Shown here: positions 50,976 to 62,219 of the stretch, piece after piece
Position numbering within the stretch: the stretch's first letter is position 1
Layout: each line of letters opens with the position of its first letter
DNA from: Methanotrichaceae archaeon
GTDB taxonomy: Archaea > Halobacteriota > Methanosarcinia > Methanotrichales > Methanotrichaceae
Reading direction: 5' to 3'
Assembly: GCA_963803145.1 (NCBI GenBank)
Contig: CAWDLW010000008.1
Location: 480,001-544,000 of the forward strand
Length of the DNA stretch: 64,000 nucleotides
Program-made: the position numbers and the translations under genes
Notes under the pieces: model-generated
The model's input: the letters and a program-made list of their open reading frames with translations, nothing else
The model's database searches: none
What the model was told of the DNA's origin: nothing

Positions 50976-52463
50976 ATGACATTCTCAAATGATAGTCATG
51001 ACTGTGCGATCTTACAGGATATCGCAAAGAGGGCAATGCTTGAAAGAGGATTGCTACCATACTTTTCTGCAGAAGCGCTTACCGAGCTTAATAATATCCA
51101 AGCACCTGCAACAATCGACAGCGATAAGGCACGCGATTTAAGAGATCTCCTATGGTCTTCCATCGATAATGACGACTCCCGCGACCTTGACCAGCTAACT
51201 GTCGCTGAAGTGATGCCGGATGAAAAGCTAAAGATTAGAGTCGCAGTAGCAGATGTGGACTCACTTGTCAAAAAAGGATCAGCCATTGACGAACAGGCAC
51301 GTCACAACACTACATCAGTCTATACTCCGGGCCAGATATTTCCGATGCTTCCGGAAAAGCTCTCTACCGATCTCACATCATTAAATTTCAATCAAGATCG
51401 TCTGGCAATTGTCATAGAGATGGTGGTTGGTACAGATGGATCGATTCAAGATTCAGATGTCTACCGTGCGGTAGTTCGTAACCATGCAAAGCTTGCATAC
51501 GCCCGCGTTGCCGCATGGCTGGAAGGTAGCACAGATATGCCTTTGGAGATTGTGGCCGTAAAAGGACTGACAGAAAATCTACGCCTGCAAGATAGAGCCG
51601 CACAAAGCATGAAGAACCTTCGGCGTATCAAAGGTGCTCTGTGTCTTGAAACCATCGAAGCCAAACCGATATTTGAAGACAACAGCATCATCGATTTGCG
51701 CATTGAAGAAAAAGACCGTGCCAAAGACATTATTGAGGAATTTATGATTGCAGCAAATGGAGCAATAGTCAGGTATCTTGCTTCAAAAAATCTTCCATCA
51801 ATTCGCCGTGTAGTTCGCGTTCCAAAAAGATGGAATCGAATCGTAGAGATTGCTGCACAACATGCATTCAAGCTTCCCAAAAATCCAGATTCGAAAGAAT
51901 TGGGATTGTTTTTGATAATGGAGAAAAAGGCCGATCCTCTTCGATTCCCGGACCTATCTCTCGCCATTATTAAGCTACTAGGATCAGGCGAATATGTTGC
52001 GGAATTTCCAGGAAAGGATGCCACAGGACACTTTGGTCTTGCCGTCAAGGACTATACCCATTCAACAGCTCCCAATCGCCGATATCCTGATCTAATTACT
52101 CAACGCTTGCTAAAAGCTGCAATCGATGCAAGACCTATGCCTTATACCAAGGATGAACTGGACGATCTGGCGGCTCATTGTACAGAACAAGAGGATGAGG
52201 CAGTAAAAGTTGAGCGTCAAGTAGGTAAATCTGCTGCGGGTCTTCTTATTAGATCCAGAATCGGTGAGCAGTTTGATGCCCTGGTTACAGGTGCATCCCC
52301 AAAGGGTACCTGGGTTCGGCTTCTAGAAATGCCTATTGAAGGGATGCTGAAAACCGGATGCCATGGCATTGATGTTGGCGATCGTATTCGTGTGCGACTG
52401 ATATCTGTAGATGTCGAGCAAGGCTTCATTGATTTTGAGAGAGTTGGCCAGCCACAACACTGA
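50976..52463 (+). CDS. RNB-domain ribonuclease (RNase II/R family)
   Basis: SIDNDDSRDLDQ, IEEFMIAAN, HFGLA..YTHSTAPNRRYPDL. Confidence 0.92.
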   Translation: MTFSNDSHDCAILQDIAKRAMLERGLLPYFSAEALTELNNIQAPATIDSDKARDLRDLLWSSIDNDDSRDLDQLTVAEVMPDEKLKIRVAVADVDSLVKKGSAIDEQARHNTTSVYTPGQIFPMLPEKLSTDLTSLNFNQDRLAIVIEMVVGTDGSIQDSDVYRAVVRNHAKLAYARVAAWLEGSTDMPLEIVAVKGLTENLRLQDRAAQSMKNLRRIKGALCLETIEAKPIFEDNSIIDLRIEEKDRAKDIIEEFMIAANGAIVRYLASKNLPSIRRVVRVPKRWNRIVEIAAQHAFKLPKNPDSKELGLFLIMEKKADPLRFPDLSLAIIKLLGSGEYVAEFPGKDATGHFGLAVKDYTHSTAPNRRYPDLITQRLLKAAIDARPMPYTKDELDDLAAHCTEQEDEAVKVERQVGKSAAGLLIRSRIGEQFDALVTGASPKGTWVRLLEMPIEGMLKTGCHGIDVGDRIRVRLISVDVEQGFIDFERVGQPQH

Positions 52464-52527
52464 CTAACTCTTCGTGATACATCTAATAGCTCGCCACCTG
52501 AGTTTAGGATAACCTAAAGGGCTATTA

Positions 52528-52764
52528 TCAGTGATCCAGCGAAGTATTAGAACAGCGGCGATAACTGTCTTTAAATTCAGACCCCCCCCCAAGAACGGCA
52601 AAGGATAAAACTATCACAAAGAAGAGGCTTGATCTATCCACTGCTGCCACCTTGAAGACATCGCCAACCCTGAGGGCGGCAAAGAAGGCATCCAGTAGGG
52701 CCAAGATAAGCCAATTTACCTCTGCCACCTTTATGCTATCCCTCAACTTTGTAGATTTGTGCAT
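52528..52764 (-). pseudogene. EamA/DMT transporter fragment
   Basis: FFAALRVGDVFKVAAVDRSSLFFVIVLS. Confidence 0.55.
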
Positions 52765-52766
52765 GT

Positions 52767-53543
52767 CTATGTACGCGGCTTTATAGCAATACGATTTTCA
52801 GGATATGCTATCCTGCTCCGCTTGCAAATGAAAGATTCGTCTAAGTCGGCGGCCATCTGCTGAGCAAGAGCTATAGGAATTCCCATGATCATCAGCTCAG
52901 GCGGCAGCCATGAGTTCCCCGTAGGATCTGTCGGACCAACATAAGCAGAGTCCTTCGGCGCATTCTCTGCCATGCTCGCTGGAAATGTAATCATTGTAGA
53001 ACAAGTAGCTCCGGCTGGTATTACCGTCTTAGAGAACGGGTCAGAGCTATTGAACTGCGCCAGGCCACACAAGTTCCTGATCTGCTCACTGCCCGCGAAG
53101 AGGATGAGCGACCTAATATTGTCCGGTTTAATATCATCAGTACAAGGCCCGATCACAATGTATTTGCCTGGCGGGGTGACTTTGCCGGCTCGCTTCCTCT
53201 GCTCTTCAAAGAGCTCTGGTGTCGCCTTCAAATGCTCGGCAGCGCCGCCATGGAACTCTGGCGTACCAATGGTCACGAAATATTTCAGCATAGGGTGAGG
53301 TTCATCGAACCCCATCCAGACCATTCCGCCAGGGCAGCACTGGTCATGGCTCGCATCTACATACAGCTGCGGAGTCTCCTCATAGAGAGCAGCAGTGTAG
53401 ACCGCCTTCGCTATACAGCGATCTATAATGTATGATGGCATTGCGCTCTGTGGTATCTCCTCTGCGCCATAGACGCATAGAGGACGAAGCTTCAGCCTGC
53501 CAGCCTTGACAAGCTTTTTTCCTAACTCTTGAACGCTTAACAT
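52767..53543 (-). CDS. DUF169-like protein
   Basis: C..., CCPGG..WMG and TCS motifs. Confidence 0.6.
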   Translation of the reverse strand: MLSVQELGKKLVKAGRLKLRPLCVYGAEEIPQSAMPSYIIDRCIAKAVYTAALYEETPQLYVDASHDQCCPGGMVWMGFDEPHPMLKYFVTIGTPEFHGGAAEHLKATPELFEEQRKRAGKVTPPGKYIVIGPCTDDIKPDNIRSLILFAGSEQIRNLCGLAQFNSSDPFSKTVIPAGATCSTMITFPASMAENAPKDSAYVGPTDPTGNSWLPPELMIMGIPIALAQQMAADLDESFICKRSRIAYPENRIAIKPRT

Positions 53544-55706
53544 GGCACAACCTTTATAGTAAAATCACTTTTATGAGATATACGCTTTGTCTAATCCATT
53601 CTAACCAGCATCAGTAATTATGGTCCAATGTTTCTTTATTGGCCACAGCTCAGTATAGATGGAGCTCCAGACAGTGTCTATCAGTACCCGTCTCTCCAAG
53701 CACCTGTCTCGCCAGGCTTGCGATCCCTCTGCCTGTCAAAAAAGATGAATAGTCGGAAAAGACACTATATTCTCTGATTATTCATATAGGGTCATATGCT
53801 ACCGATCTTTCATCAATCGCCACCTTTAAATATCGGCGATTTACGTATATAGTATAAGGCAAAAGTCGATACATGTTATAGCCTGTCTCTACCTCTTGAC
53901 TTTTGCCTCCCTCTTCGTTATGCAATGTTGTGATTTATCCATTAGGTCTGCGTTTCCCATGATTCTAAGCCTTATATGGATGAGGAGAGAATTGTCCAGA
54001 GGCTATCCCGATGACACCGAGGAGCCAGACTATGCGGGACGAAATCCACACAGAACTTGTTGAAGCCTTATCATTTATCGCCAATAGAATTTTTAAAATA
54101 TTCCCACCCCAAAGTAGAGATATAATCGACAAATACGAAGCCTTATGCCCCGCGTCCGCTAGCTTGGAAGATCTCAACGGCTGGCTATCAATGGTTTTAT
54201 TTACAGCAGTAATCAGTCAGACGATGAGTGGGCACCCCATATAGCATAAGGTATTGGTCATGAAGGGCTAGAAGGCAAGCCGCTAAACATTGAATTTTCA
54301 ATCTAAATAAAACTCTTGCGGCCAATCCACCTTTTCCTCATAACGCTGCTTGAGCATTTCATCAACCTCTGAGGTTCTGATGCCGAAGACTTCAGCCAGG
54401 ATCTCTTTGGCTGCCTGGAGCTGCAGGGCCTTTGGATTAGTCCCGGGCATGGACGCATTACAGCCTATCAGTTGCCTCTGAGGTTTCCTTAACTGCTCAA
54501 GAACTCCTGCCATAGTATGCCTATTGGCCGTGTGAAGATAAGTAATTTGGCCGGAAATCAATATCATTAGAGCATTTTTGCAGTAAGGGATTAGAAGAAT
54601 TACATAAAAAGAGAGGTGTTTTAGATAAAATGGATTAACTGGGTTCTTCGGGTGACCGACATCGAAAGGCTAGAGTGGAGAGCAGTTCTGGGAATAATAA
54701 GGCAAATTAAAATTTGCGAAATGACCGAACGCCGATTGAATTAATATATACTTATCGATATTAATATCTTGGCTGCCAGCAGGTATCTACAATCGCCTCT
54801 AAGAATTGGTGATGCAACCGATGAAGATAAGACTCCCTAAAGGAGGTGAGAATACCAGACCGAGTATTTTTATAAGATCTATTTTTATATGCTAGCTATT
54901 TAAAATGGCCTAGGATCGACGACCTCAGGGCCATGACCATATCCAAAGGAAACATCCTAGGGGCTGCCTGTAGATGGCTTGAAGACTAATGGATAGGCTT
55001 AGGATGGAGAGGAGAGAAATAGTCAGGATACATGAGCGAAGGGATGAGACAGGAGGATTATAGCTGAGTCAACTGTCTATTTAACGAGTAACCCTTCGCA
55101 ATCTATCTATAATGATTATAAGGGTAAATAATTATCCCTTGTAGATAGATCGCCCGAAGGTTGATAGATAGACTTGGAAGGTGGAGTTGCGATAGTGTCT
55201 CCATTCAAGAACTACCAAAGCAACCCAATACGATAGTCACAGCAAGAGGTACTTAACGCCATTGGTTGGCAGGATACCTCTAGGATCATACTCACAATAC
55301 CAGTCCAATCCTGCAAATGCAGGTATCAACTCCCTATGGATAAAAGGATCAACAGCTTGGGCACAGTACGCTGTGGTTCCTCTAGGATCAACCGTATCAC
55401 TCCTGGCGATGTAGAAGCAGAGATGATAGGCGGATGCTGGAGCTTGTAAGCCTCTTATCTCTACTCCACAGCTCAACATTGCCCTTGTAGTAGCAATCGA
55501 ATATCCACGTACTTTCCCTCTTACCCCTAGCAAATCGCCCAAATCAAGAATATGGCAGGGCTGAGAGTAAAAATGTCAGGCATGTGCGCAGAGTGAAAGT
55601 AAAGAAGAAAAATGTGACCTGGCGCAGACCATCAGCATGGCTTAACGCTAATGATTCTCATGTCACTACGCTAGTGAGATTTCCATTCAATGCACCTGCT
55701 AACCGC

Positions 55707-56477
55707 TCATATTGGTGGCAGAATTGTACCTTGTGGATAGGGCTGAACCGGCGGAATCGGAGTTGGATATTGATAAGGCTGTGTATATGGTACTACATAT
55801 ATCGTAATTGAATTGCTTATCTGGCCATTGATAATGAAGTGCAGTATGTGCTGCCCTACTGTATCAGCGTTGAATGCTATCTGGTTGCCGCCAGGGAAGA
55901 AGTAAAAGCTGTTTGTAGATAGTGTTCCATCGGGTCTTGTTTCGTATAGATATCCATTGCCGCCCATAGAAGAGATCGCCAATAGAGAAAGACTTGATCC
56001 TTGTGGAACTTGAACATACTGTGTCCAAGCTGTTGTCCCTTGAATCCACAGAGAGTTTCCTCCTGTGTTTGCAGGGTAGGTCTGATATTGAGCATAAGGT
56101 ACTGCTTGCATTTGAGAGTTGAAGAACACCGTAGATGGTATCTCATGTGTTATTTCATGTTTCTTTGGTGCCCCAATATGCTTCTTGAAGCCGAAACCCT
56201 TGTTAAACGAGTAGTATTGGGAGAATTTCATATAGTTTGAGCCGAAGGATGGTGGATTGCCTCCAACCCAAGCATGGCCGATTCCATGATTGAACAGGTT
56301 TTCTGCTGCAGCTTCCCCAGGCCGCATCTCAACACCGTTTTCTGTATCCAGTGCTAATGCACACCCCATCAACGACGTGACAAGGATGACTGTTATAAGA
56401 ATCTTATTCATTATCGTGTAATCCCCTTTTCTTCTGTATGCACTCATCTTTGCAGGGAGGAAGTTGGTTTTCCTCAA
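55707..56477 (-). CDS. Secreted hypothetical protein; related fragment at about 55237-55480
   Basis: Signal peptide; LWIQGTTAWTQYVQVPQGS echoed by LWIKGSTAWAQYAVVPLGS on the + strand near 55335-55390. Confidence 0.7.
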   Translation of the reverse strand: MRKTNFLPAKMSAYRRKGDYTIMNKILITVILVTSLMGCALALDTENGVEMRPGEAAAENLFNHGIGHAWVGGNPPSFGSNYMKFSQYYSFNKGFGFKKHIGAPKKHEITHEIPSTVFFNSQMQAVPYAQYQTYPANTGGNSLWIQGTTAWTQYVQVPQGSSLSLLAISSMGGNGYLYETRPDGTLSTNSFYFFPGGNQIAFNADTVGQHILHFIINGQISNSITIYVVPYTQPYQYPTPIPPVQPYPQGTILPPI

Positions 56478-56910
56478 AGAACCATCTATAGCTAAAGGAT
56501 AAGACTCTATCTTTCATATGGGATTAACATTGGCCCCACGTATGCAAAAATCATTATTATTGCTGTATTCGCATGTTAATTGACCCTTGCATACTGATTA
56601 TGCCTATATGTCTTCGATATCTGCGGGTATCCTGTTTAGACTTACCCGCAAAAGGCTTAAAAACAGCATCTGTGGAATCGCCGCAATCACCGCAGATGGA
56701 CATAGTGCAATGGATGCCATCTCCCTCGCCTCCCATACCACAATCCATCACCTCCCAATCCGCCTGCCTTCTAAGGGCTCCAATTTCAGACCTGCTGGCA
56801 GACCTCAAGATTCAGCTTATTCTATGCGGGATGGCAAAATGATTTCTTGAATTCTGTATGGCGAGATCCGATGCCACGATTTGAATTTCAAGAGTTTTAT
56901 CTTCTAATTT

Positions 56911-59838
56911 TTATTCTGGAGTGGGGGCGGTAATATTCCGCAATAATGTGGCAAGATCATCTAGTTTCACAGGCTTTGCGATGTAGCCATCCATGCCTGC
57001 TTCAAAACATTTCTCTTGATCTCCGTCCATGGCAAAGGCTGTAATAGCCACTACCTTCGGCCCGTTATCGGGCCAGAGCTTGCGTATCTCCCTGGTAGCG
57101 GTGAGACCATCCATCTCTGGCATACGGATATCCATGAAAATCAGATCATATGGCCGGATTTGAAGCGCCTGAAGAACCTCACACCCATCAGCAACAGCAT
57201 CGGGCCTGTAGCCTAGGCGTTTTAGCATCTCGACGAGCACTTTCTGGTTTGAAGGATTATCCTCAGCAACAAGGATCGACAGAGGCTTTTGAGGCGAGAT
57301 GTTCTCATATGCGACAGCTCTATCCTTCTGGTCTAAGTCCAATTGCTTTCCTGAAATAGTCTCTGCCTGAATGGTGAATCTGAATGTAGAACCCTTGCCT
57401 TCCTCGCTTTCAGCCCAAATCTCACCGCCCATAAGCTCGACAAGCTCCTTGCAAATGGCGAGTCCAAGTCCAGCGCCATCACGCTTGCGGCTCAGGGTGT
57501 ACTCAAGCTGTGTAAATGGCTGGAAGAGCCTGTCCATCTTATCCTGGGGCATACCTATGCCTGTATCACTGACTGCAAATGTTATCCGGCGCTTGTTGCC
57601 TTCAATGACTTTGGAGGAGACAGACACTGATATATCCCCTTCATCCGTGAACTTGACAGCATTGGAAAGCAAATTGACCAGAATCTGCCTGAGCCTTCCA
57701 GGATCTCCAATGATAGTATCAGGTGTACCATAGCTAACGGTATAAGCGAGGTTCAAGCCTTTATCGTTGGCCTGAGCTGCCACCATGCCCATTGATTCCT
57801 CAATGAGGCACTTGAGACTGAGAGGTTGAAGCTCCAGCTTTACTTTCTCCTTTTCAGCTCTCGAAAACTCAAGGATATCGCTGATGATTGATAGGAGAGC
57901 CTCGCCACCGTTTCTGATTCTCTCAATGTCCTCCTTCTGCTCTTCTGTGAGATTATCAGACAAGAGAAGGCTTGAGAAACCTATAACGGCGTTTAGGGGT
58001 GTCCTAAGCTCATGGCTCATATTCGCAAGGAAGGCAGCCTTTGCCCTGACCGACTCTTCGGCGGCATCTTTCGCCTTCAGAAGCTCTTCATTTGCTTTTA
58101 CAAGATCGGCGGTCCTTTCCTGGACCCTCAGCTCTAGCTCATCCTTGGCCTTCTGTAGCGCCTGTTCCATCAATCTTTGCTGAGTGATGTCACGTTGCAC
58201 ACCCCAAGCCCTTACCAGATAGCCATTTTCGACAATACCGGTGAAGCTGTTCAATAAATAATGGATATTGCCCTGAATGTCAATCTCATGTGACTCGTTA
58301 TCTACCAGCCGGTAGCCGGAACGGATGAAGGCTCGTAAGTGCTCAATATTGCGCTGGTCAGTTCGGGGGAAGATATCTTTCGACCGTGCACCGATGATAT
58401 CCTCAGCTTTGGTCAGGCCATACATGTGGGCGTAGGCATCGTTGCACTCAGCAACATAGGCATGCTGTAAGAAATACTCAATCTGGTCATCTTCCGATAA
58501 CATGATTGGCATAGGTTGATCACCTTCACACCGCCAGATGCCCTCTGAGCTTTGGGTAATAAAGGCACGGTAGCGTGCTTCGCTCTCCTGCAGGGCTTCT
58601 TCGGCCTGCTTGCGATCGGTGAGGTCCAGGATCGATGCAATCCAACCGATCACCTGCCCCTGTTCATCCTTGTCCGGCACGTAAGCGACATGTAAGAAAC
58701 GTGACCCGATTCCTTTGAAATGAACCGGCGCCTCATATTCGACCGGTTGCCCTCGTAAGGCGGCTTCGATGTGCGGATGGATAGTCTCGAAGCCATCTTC
58801 ACCCATAATTTCAAGGATCGGTTTGCCAGCAATCTGATCGGGAGTGCGTCCGATCATTTGGGCGTAAGCGCGACTGGCATACAGATAGTGCAGGTCACGA
58901 CTGCATCGAGTGAGAAAGAATGGCGTTCGGTTGAGGATCACCTCAAGCTCCGTATCTTTGGCACGTAACGCTTCTTCAGCCTTCTTGCGCTCCGTGATGT
59001 CCAGTCCGTAGATGCGGATGGCCTGGGTATTAGGAACGAGGTACATCGACTGCTGGTACCACCTATTATCTATGAGCAGATCTCGGACAAAAGTGCTCGT
59101 TCCGCTCTTACGGAAAATCTGCACCACCTGTGCCCAATCAGTCAACCAGGGGTGGTTGCATCCACTTTCCTTGAGGTTGGGAAACAGCTCTTTGGCTGCG
59201 GGGTTGAGGAAATGAACACGTCCTTCCAGGTCAACTTCCGTGATTGGGTTCGGATTGATCTTTGGGAAGGACGCTAGCTGTTCCAACTCAGCTTCCATCT
59301 TCTTGCGCTCAGTGATGTCCCTATTGCTTGCCCTACGACCGAGCCACTCCCCATTTCTTCCGAATACTGGTTGGCACATGTGGCTGATCCATCGGGTTTC
59401 TCCTTTTGCTGTTATAATACGATAATCGATATGCGCATTGCCAGTCTGCTCATTGAGATGGCGATTTCTATGCTGTTCAAAAGCTTCTCTATCATCTGGA
59501 TGCGCTATGGCTGGGGAAAGATGAGGATTCTTTATGAATTCCTCAGCACTATATCCAGTTATTCGCTTGCAGGATGGCGAAACATGAATATATTTACCAT
59601 CTGGGCCCATCCAGGCTTCCCAATCATAAGTGAAATCGATGAACAGTCGGAACTTTTCTTCACTTTCTTTCAGCGCCTTCTCAGCGTCCGATAGCTCCTC
59701 AATGCTGGCTTGCAAGCTCTCCAATGCGTCGGATAGAACTTCGGACGCATTTGCTGGATCACTCACACATTTTATCTGGAGTTCCTTAAATCGCTCTGAA
59801 AGCTCGGATACCCTTTGGGAAAGGTTGTCAGCGGTCAT
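56911..59838 (-). CDS. Multi-PAS hybrid sensor histidine kinase
   Basis: PAS/PAC repeats, FLANMSHELRTP, NLLSNAVKFT, DTGIG, GLGL, receiver domain DLIFMDIRMP. Confidence 0.95.
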   Translation of the reverse strand: MTADNLSQRVSELSERFKELQIKCVSDPANASEVLSDALESLQASIEELSDAEKALKESEEKFRLFIDFTYDWEAWMGPDGKYIHVSPSCKRITGYSAEEFIKNPHLSPAIAHPDDREAFEQHRNRHLNEQTGNAHIDYRIITAKGETRWISHMCQPVFGRNGEWLGRRASNRDITERKKMEAELEQLASFPKINPNPITEVDLEGRVHFLNPAAKELFPNLKESGCNHPWLTDWAQVVQIFRKSGTSTFVRDLLIDNRWYQQSMYLVPNTQAIRIYGLDITERKKAEEALRAKDTELEVILNRTPFFLTRCSRDLHYLYASRAYAQMIGRTPDQIAGKPILEIMGEDGFETIHPHIEAALRGQPVEYEAPVHFKGIGSRFLHVAYVPDKDEQGQVIGWIASILDLTDRKQAEEALQESEARYRAFITQSSEGIWRCEGDQPMPIMLSEDDQIEYFLQHAYVAECNDAYAHMYGLTKAEDIIGARSKDIFPRTDQRNIEHLRAFIRSGYRLVDNESHEIDIQGNIHYLLNSFTGIVENGYLVRAWGVQRDITQQRLMEQALQKAKDELELRVQERTADLVKANEELLKAKDAAEESVRAKAAFLANMSHELRTPLNAVIGFSSLLLSDNLTEEQKEDIERIRNGGEALLSIISDILEFSRAEKEKVKLELQPLSLKCLIEESMGMVAAQANDKGLNLAYTVSYGTPDTIIGDPGRLRQILVNLLSNAVKFTDEGDISVSVSSKVIEGNKRRITFAVSDTGIGMPQDKMDRLFQPFTQLEYTLSRKRDGAGLGLAICKELVELMGGEIWAESEEGKGSTFRFTIQAETISGKQLDLDQKDRAVAYENISPQKPLSILVAEDNPSNQKVLVEMLKRLGYRPDAVADGCEVLQALQIRPYDLIFMDIRMPEMDGLTATREIRKLWPDNGPKVVAITAFAMDGDQEKCFEAGMDGYIAKPVKLDDLATLLRNITAPTPE

Positions 59839-60244
59839 TCTCTACCTGGCCTAAACTGCCATAGATAATCGCGTTTTACTATCTATAATTTCCCTTCGGC
59901 TATTATTATTGGCCGGTAATAGATTAGGAGAAAACTAAGAGATTTAACAATCGTCATCATCTGCGGAACTTTGTTTTGCTATGGCCTGACCCCCTTTCCT
60001 TCATCAACTCAACCATCATCGAAAATACCGGCGCCTCAAGGGGATCATCCATCGCATAGAATGCTTCGCTTGAATGCTTCCTGGCCTATTTCGGCGATCA
60101 TCTGGCTAGTATATCTGGTCCTCTTTCTTGAGCGCCCTTGAAGCCTTCAGCCGCCTGGCAGAAAGATCCTTCACGGCCATCCTCACGCTCTCGAAGCTCA
60201 AGCCTATGAAAAAAGATGAATAGTCAGAAGATGCACTATAATCT

Positions 60245-60916
60245 ATGAATGTCACAGATGCCTTGAAATCTCGTTTCACCTGTCGGGCTTTTGAACCGGA
60301 TGCGGTGGATAGAGAAACGGTCATAAAAATACTGGATGCTGCGACACGCGCGCCTTCATGGGGGAATACCCAGCCGTGGGAGATATTCGTTGCTGATGGA
60401 CCTGTTCTGGATAAAATTCGCCAGGGTTACATGGAAAACTTTAAAAAAGGGGTTCCTTCCAAGCTGGAAATTCCAGCGCCGCTAAATTGGCCTCCTTACA
60501 TAGCCCAACGCACTAAAGATCTCTTATCAGAGCGTTTTAGCGCCATGGGAATAGACCCCAACGATAAGGAAGCTATGAATGTATTTAGAGAGGCGAATTT
60601 TAGATTTTTCGGGGCACCAGTTGTAGTTTACCTATGTATGGATAAGACCCTAACAACCTGGTCGGTATTTGATTTGGGATCGCTATCTCAGAGTATTATG
60701 CTGGCGGCTCAGGAGTACAATTTAGGATCAGCCGTTGCAGCAATGCTGGTGATTTATCCTGACTTAATTCGGGAAACGCTTGGTATTCCAAAAGACCTTT
60801 CAATCGTAATTGGAATAGCCCTCGGATATTGCAATAAGCAAAGCCCACAAAATAAGTTCAGAAGCTCCAGAAGATCCATCCAGGAGATCATTCACTTTAA
60901 CACCTCCGTGCCATAG
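60245..60916 (+). CDS. Nitroreductase
   Basis: R.TCRAF, APSWGNTQPW, FFGAP, IALGY. Confidence 0.92.
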   Translation: MNVTDALKSRFTCRAFEPDAVDRETVIKILDAATRAPSWGNTQPWEIFVADGPVLDKIRQGYMENFKKGVPSKLEIPAPLNWPPYIAQRTKDLLSERFSAMGIDPNDKEAMNVFREANFRFFGAPVVVYLCMDKTLTTWSVFDLGSLSQSIMLAAQEYNLGSAVAAMLVIYPDLIRETLGIPKDLSIVIGIALGYCNKQSPQNKFRSSRRSIQEIIHFNTSVP

Positions 60917-61014
60917 GGTCAAAGCATGCAGAATTTGGGGCAAAGCCGGAAGTATGGCGAAAGCAAGAATCCCTTATTGCTGCGGGTATTGCGGGGATTC
61001 GAACGCTATTGGTT

Positions 61015-61960
61015 TTACCCATTTTGCGGGTCTCCGAGCCTTTTACCCAAGGCTGTAGACCCAACTACATCAGTGAATACAATTGCCAGTGTTACTTTTT
61101 CAAGTGCATGGACTCCACGGCGTTGACATGCCAAGCGTAATGCTCGATCCCAATGGTTGACTCCTGCCAAAGGGTCTGTTTCACTTCGTGCATCGAAACA
61201 TACTAGCGCAAGAGATACTTCATTTAGATGCAATTGATGGATAACTCGATATCCTGGTTGTCCAGCCAAATCCCATAGGAGTGTCTCACGCGTTTGCCTT
61301 CCTTTGCCATTCAATTCTATTTCATACGTATCAAAGGTCCAAACATTCCTACCATGTGTTGATTCCGTCGCAATGAATGGTTGCCCAGTGTGGACAAGGC
61401 CAAGTCCTGTCTTACCAACCCCTGTATCTCCAACAAGAAGAGCTTTGGCGTTAACATAATGTCTGGTTGAGGTTGTAGCCTCCGCTTTCTGTAGCTTGGC
61501 TAGATCTATGTCCCAAATATCAACCGAGCCTTTTATTCTACCTGGCAAAATAATCATAGGAGATAATAGGTCAGAAACGATGTTAGTCATTGTACTTGGG
61601 TTACACATTTTATTTATTCGTAATACTTCAATCCATCCATCTGTTTTCCAGATGGACAGGGTACCTTATACTGAAAGTGAGGCGATAAACTGGCCAGCAT
61701 TAAAGAAACATATAGAGATTACCGGATCTGTATGTGTTTCTAGTACATGAGTTTGTTTTTTCCTAGTTATATCCCATATTTGGATAGTACCATCACTTAA
61801 TCCAATAGCAAGGATTTTCTCCCCAGGTGACCAAGCCATACAATTAACAGAGCCGAAATCAGACGTATCCGTCGGTATTTTTTCATCTAATGCCAAAAGA
61901 CAGAGTCCATCGTGTACTGATGCAAGGATAAATTCATCTGATATCCAAGCAACGATAGAT
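61015..61960 (-). pseudogene. WD40 + Roc GTPase + cyclase-start pseudogene
   Basis: WD40 (MAWSP..LAIG.SDGTIQIWD), in-frame TAA at 61666, GDTGVGKT, ESTHG, WDLAGQ, then AIVFTDVVGST. Confidence 0.75.
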
Positions 61961-62048
61961 TGTCGGGAAAGCTTATATTCAAAATAGCCAACTTATAGCT
62001 AAAGATACGGAGAAGTAATACATCTGAAATCAGCGTCGGTAAAGGTTT

Positions 62049-62124
62049 TGGTGGGGCCACGGCGATTTGAACGCCGGTCACAAGACCCCCAGTCTTGTAG
62101 GATACCAGGCTACCCTATGGCCCC
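62049..62124 (-). tRNA. tRNA-Pro(GGG)
   Basis: GGGGCCA...CAAGA-CTGGGGG-TCTTG...GTTCAAATC...TGGCCCC-A-CCA; encoded CCA. Confidence 0.95.
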
Positions 62125-62219
62125 AGGCGCAACTTAGGATGCATACGTGGCATATAAGGATTTCCTAAGGATTTCATACTCACAGCCATTATCTGCAACA
62201 ATAAAATCAACAACAAGAA

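Noticed and set aside
60967-61006. tRNA T-arm fragment (reverse complement GTTCGAATCCCCGC)
   Set aside because: No complementary T-stem or other arms; it is better described as a short inverted repeat, gaatccc/gggattc.
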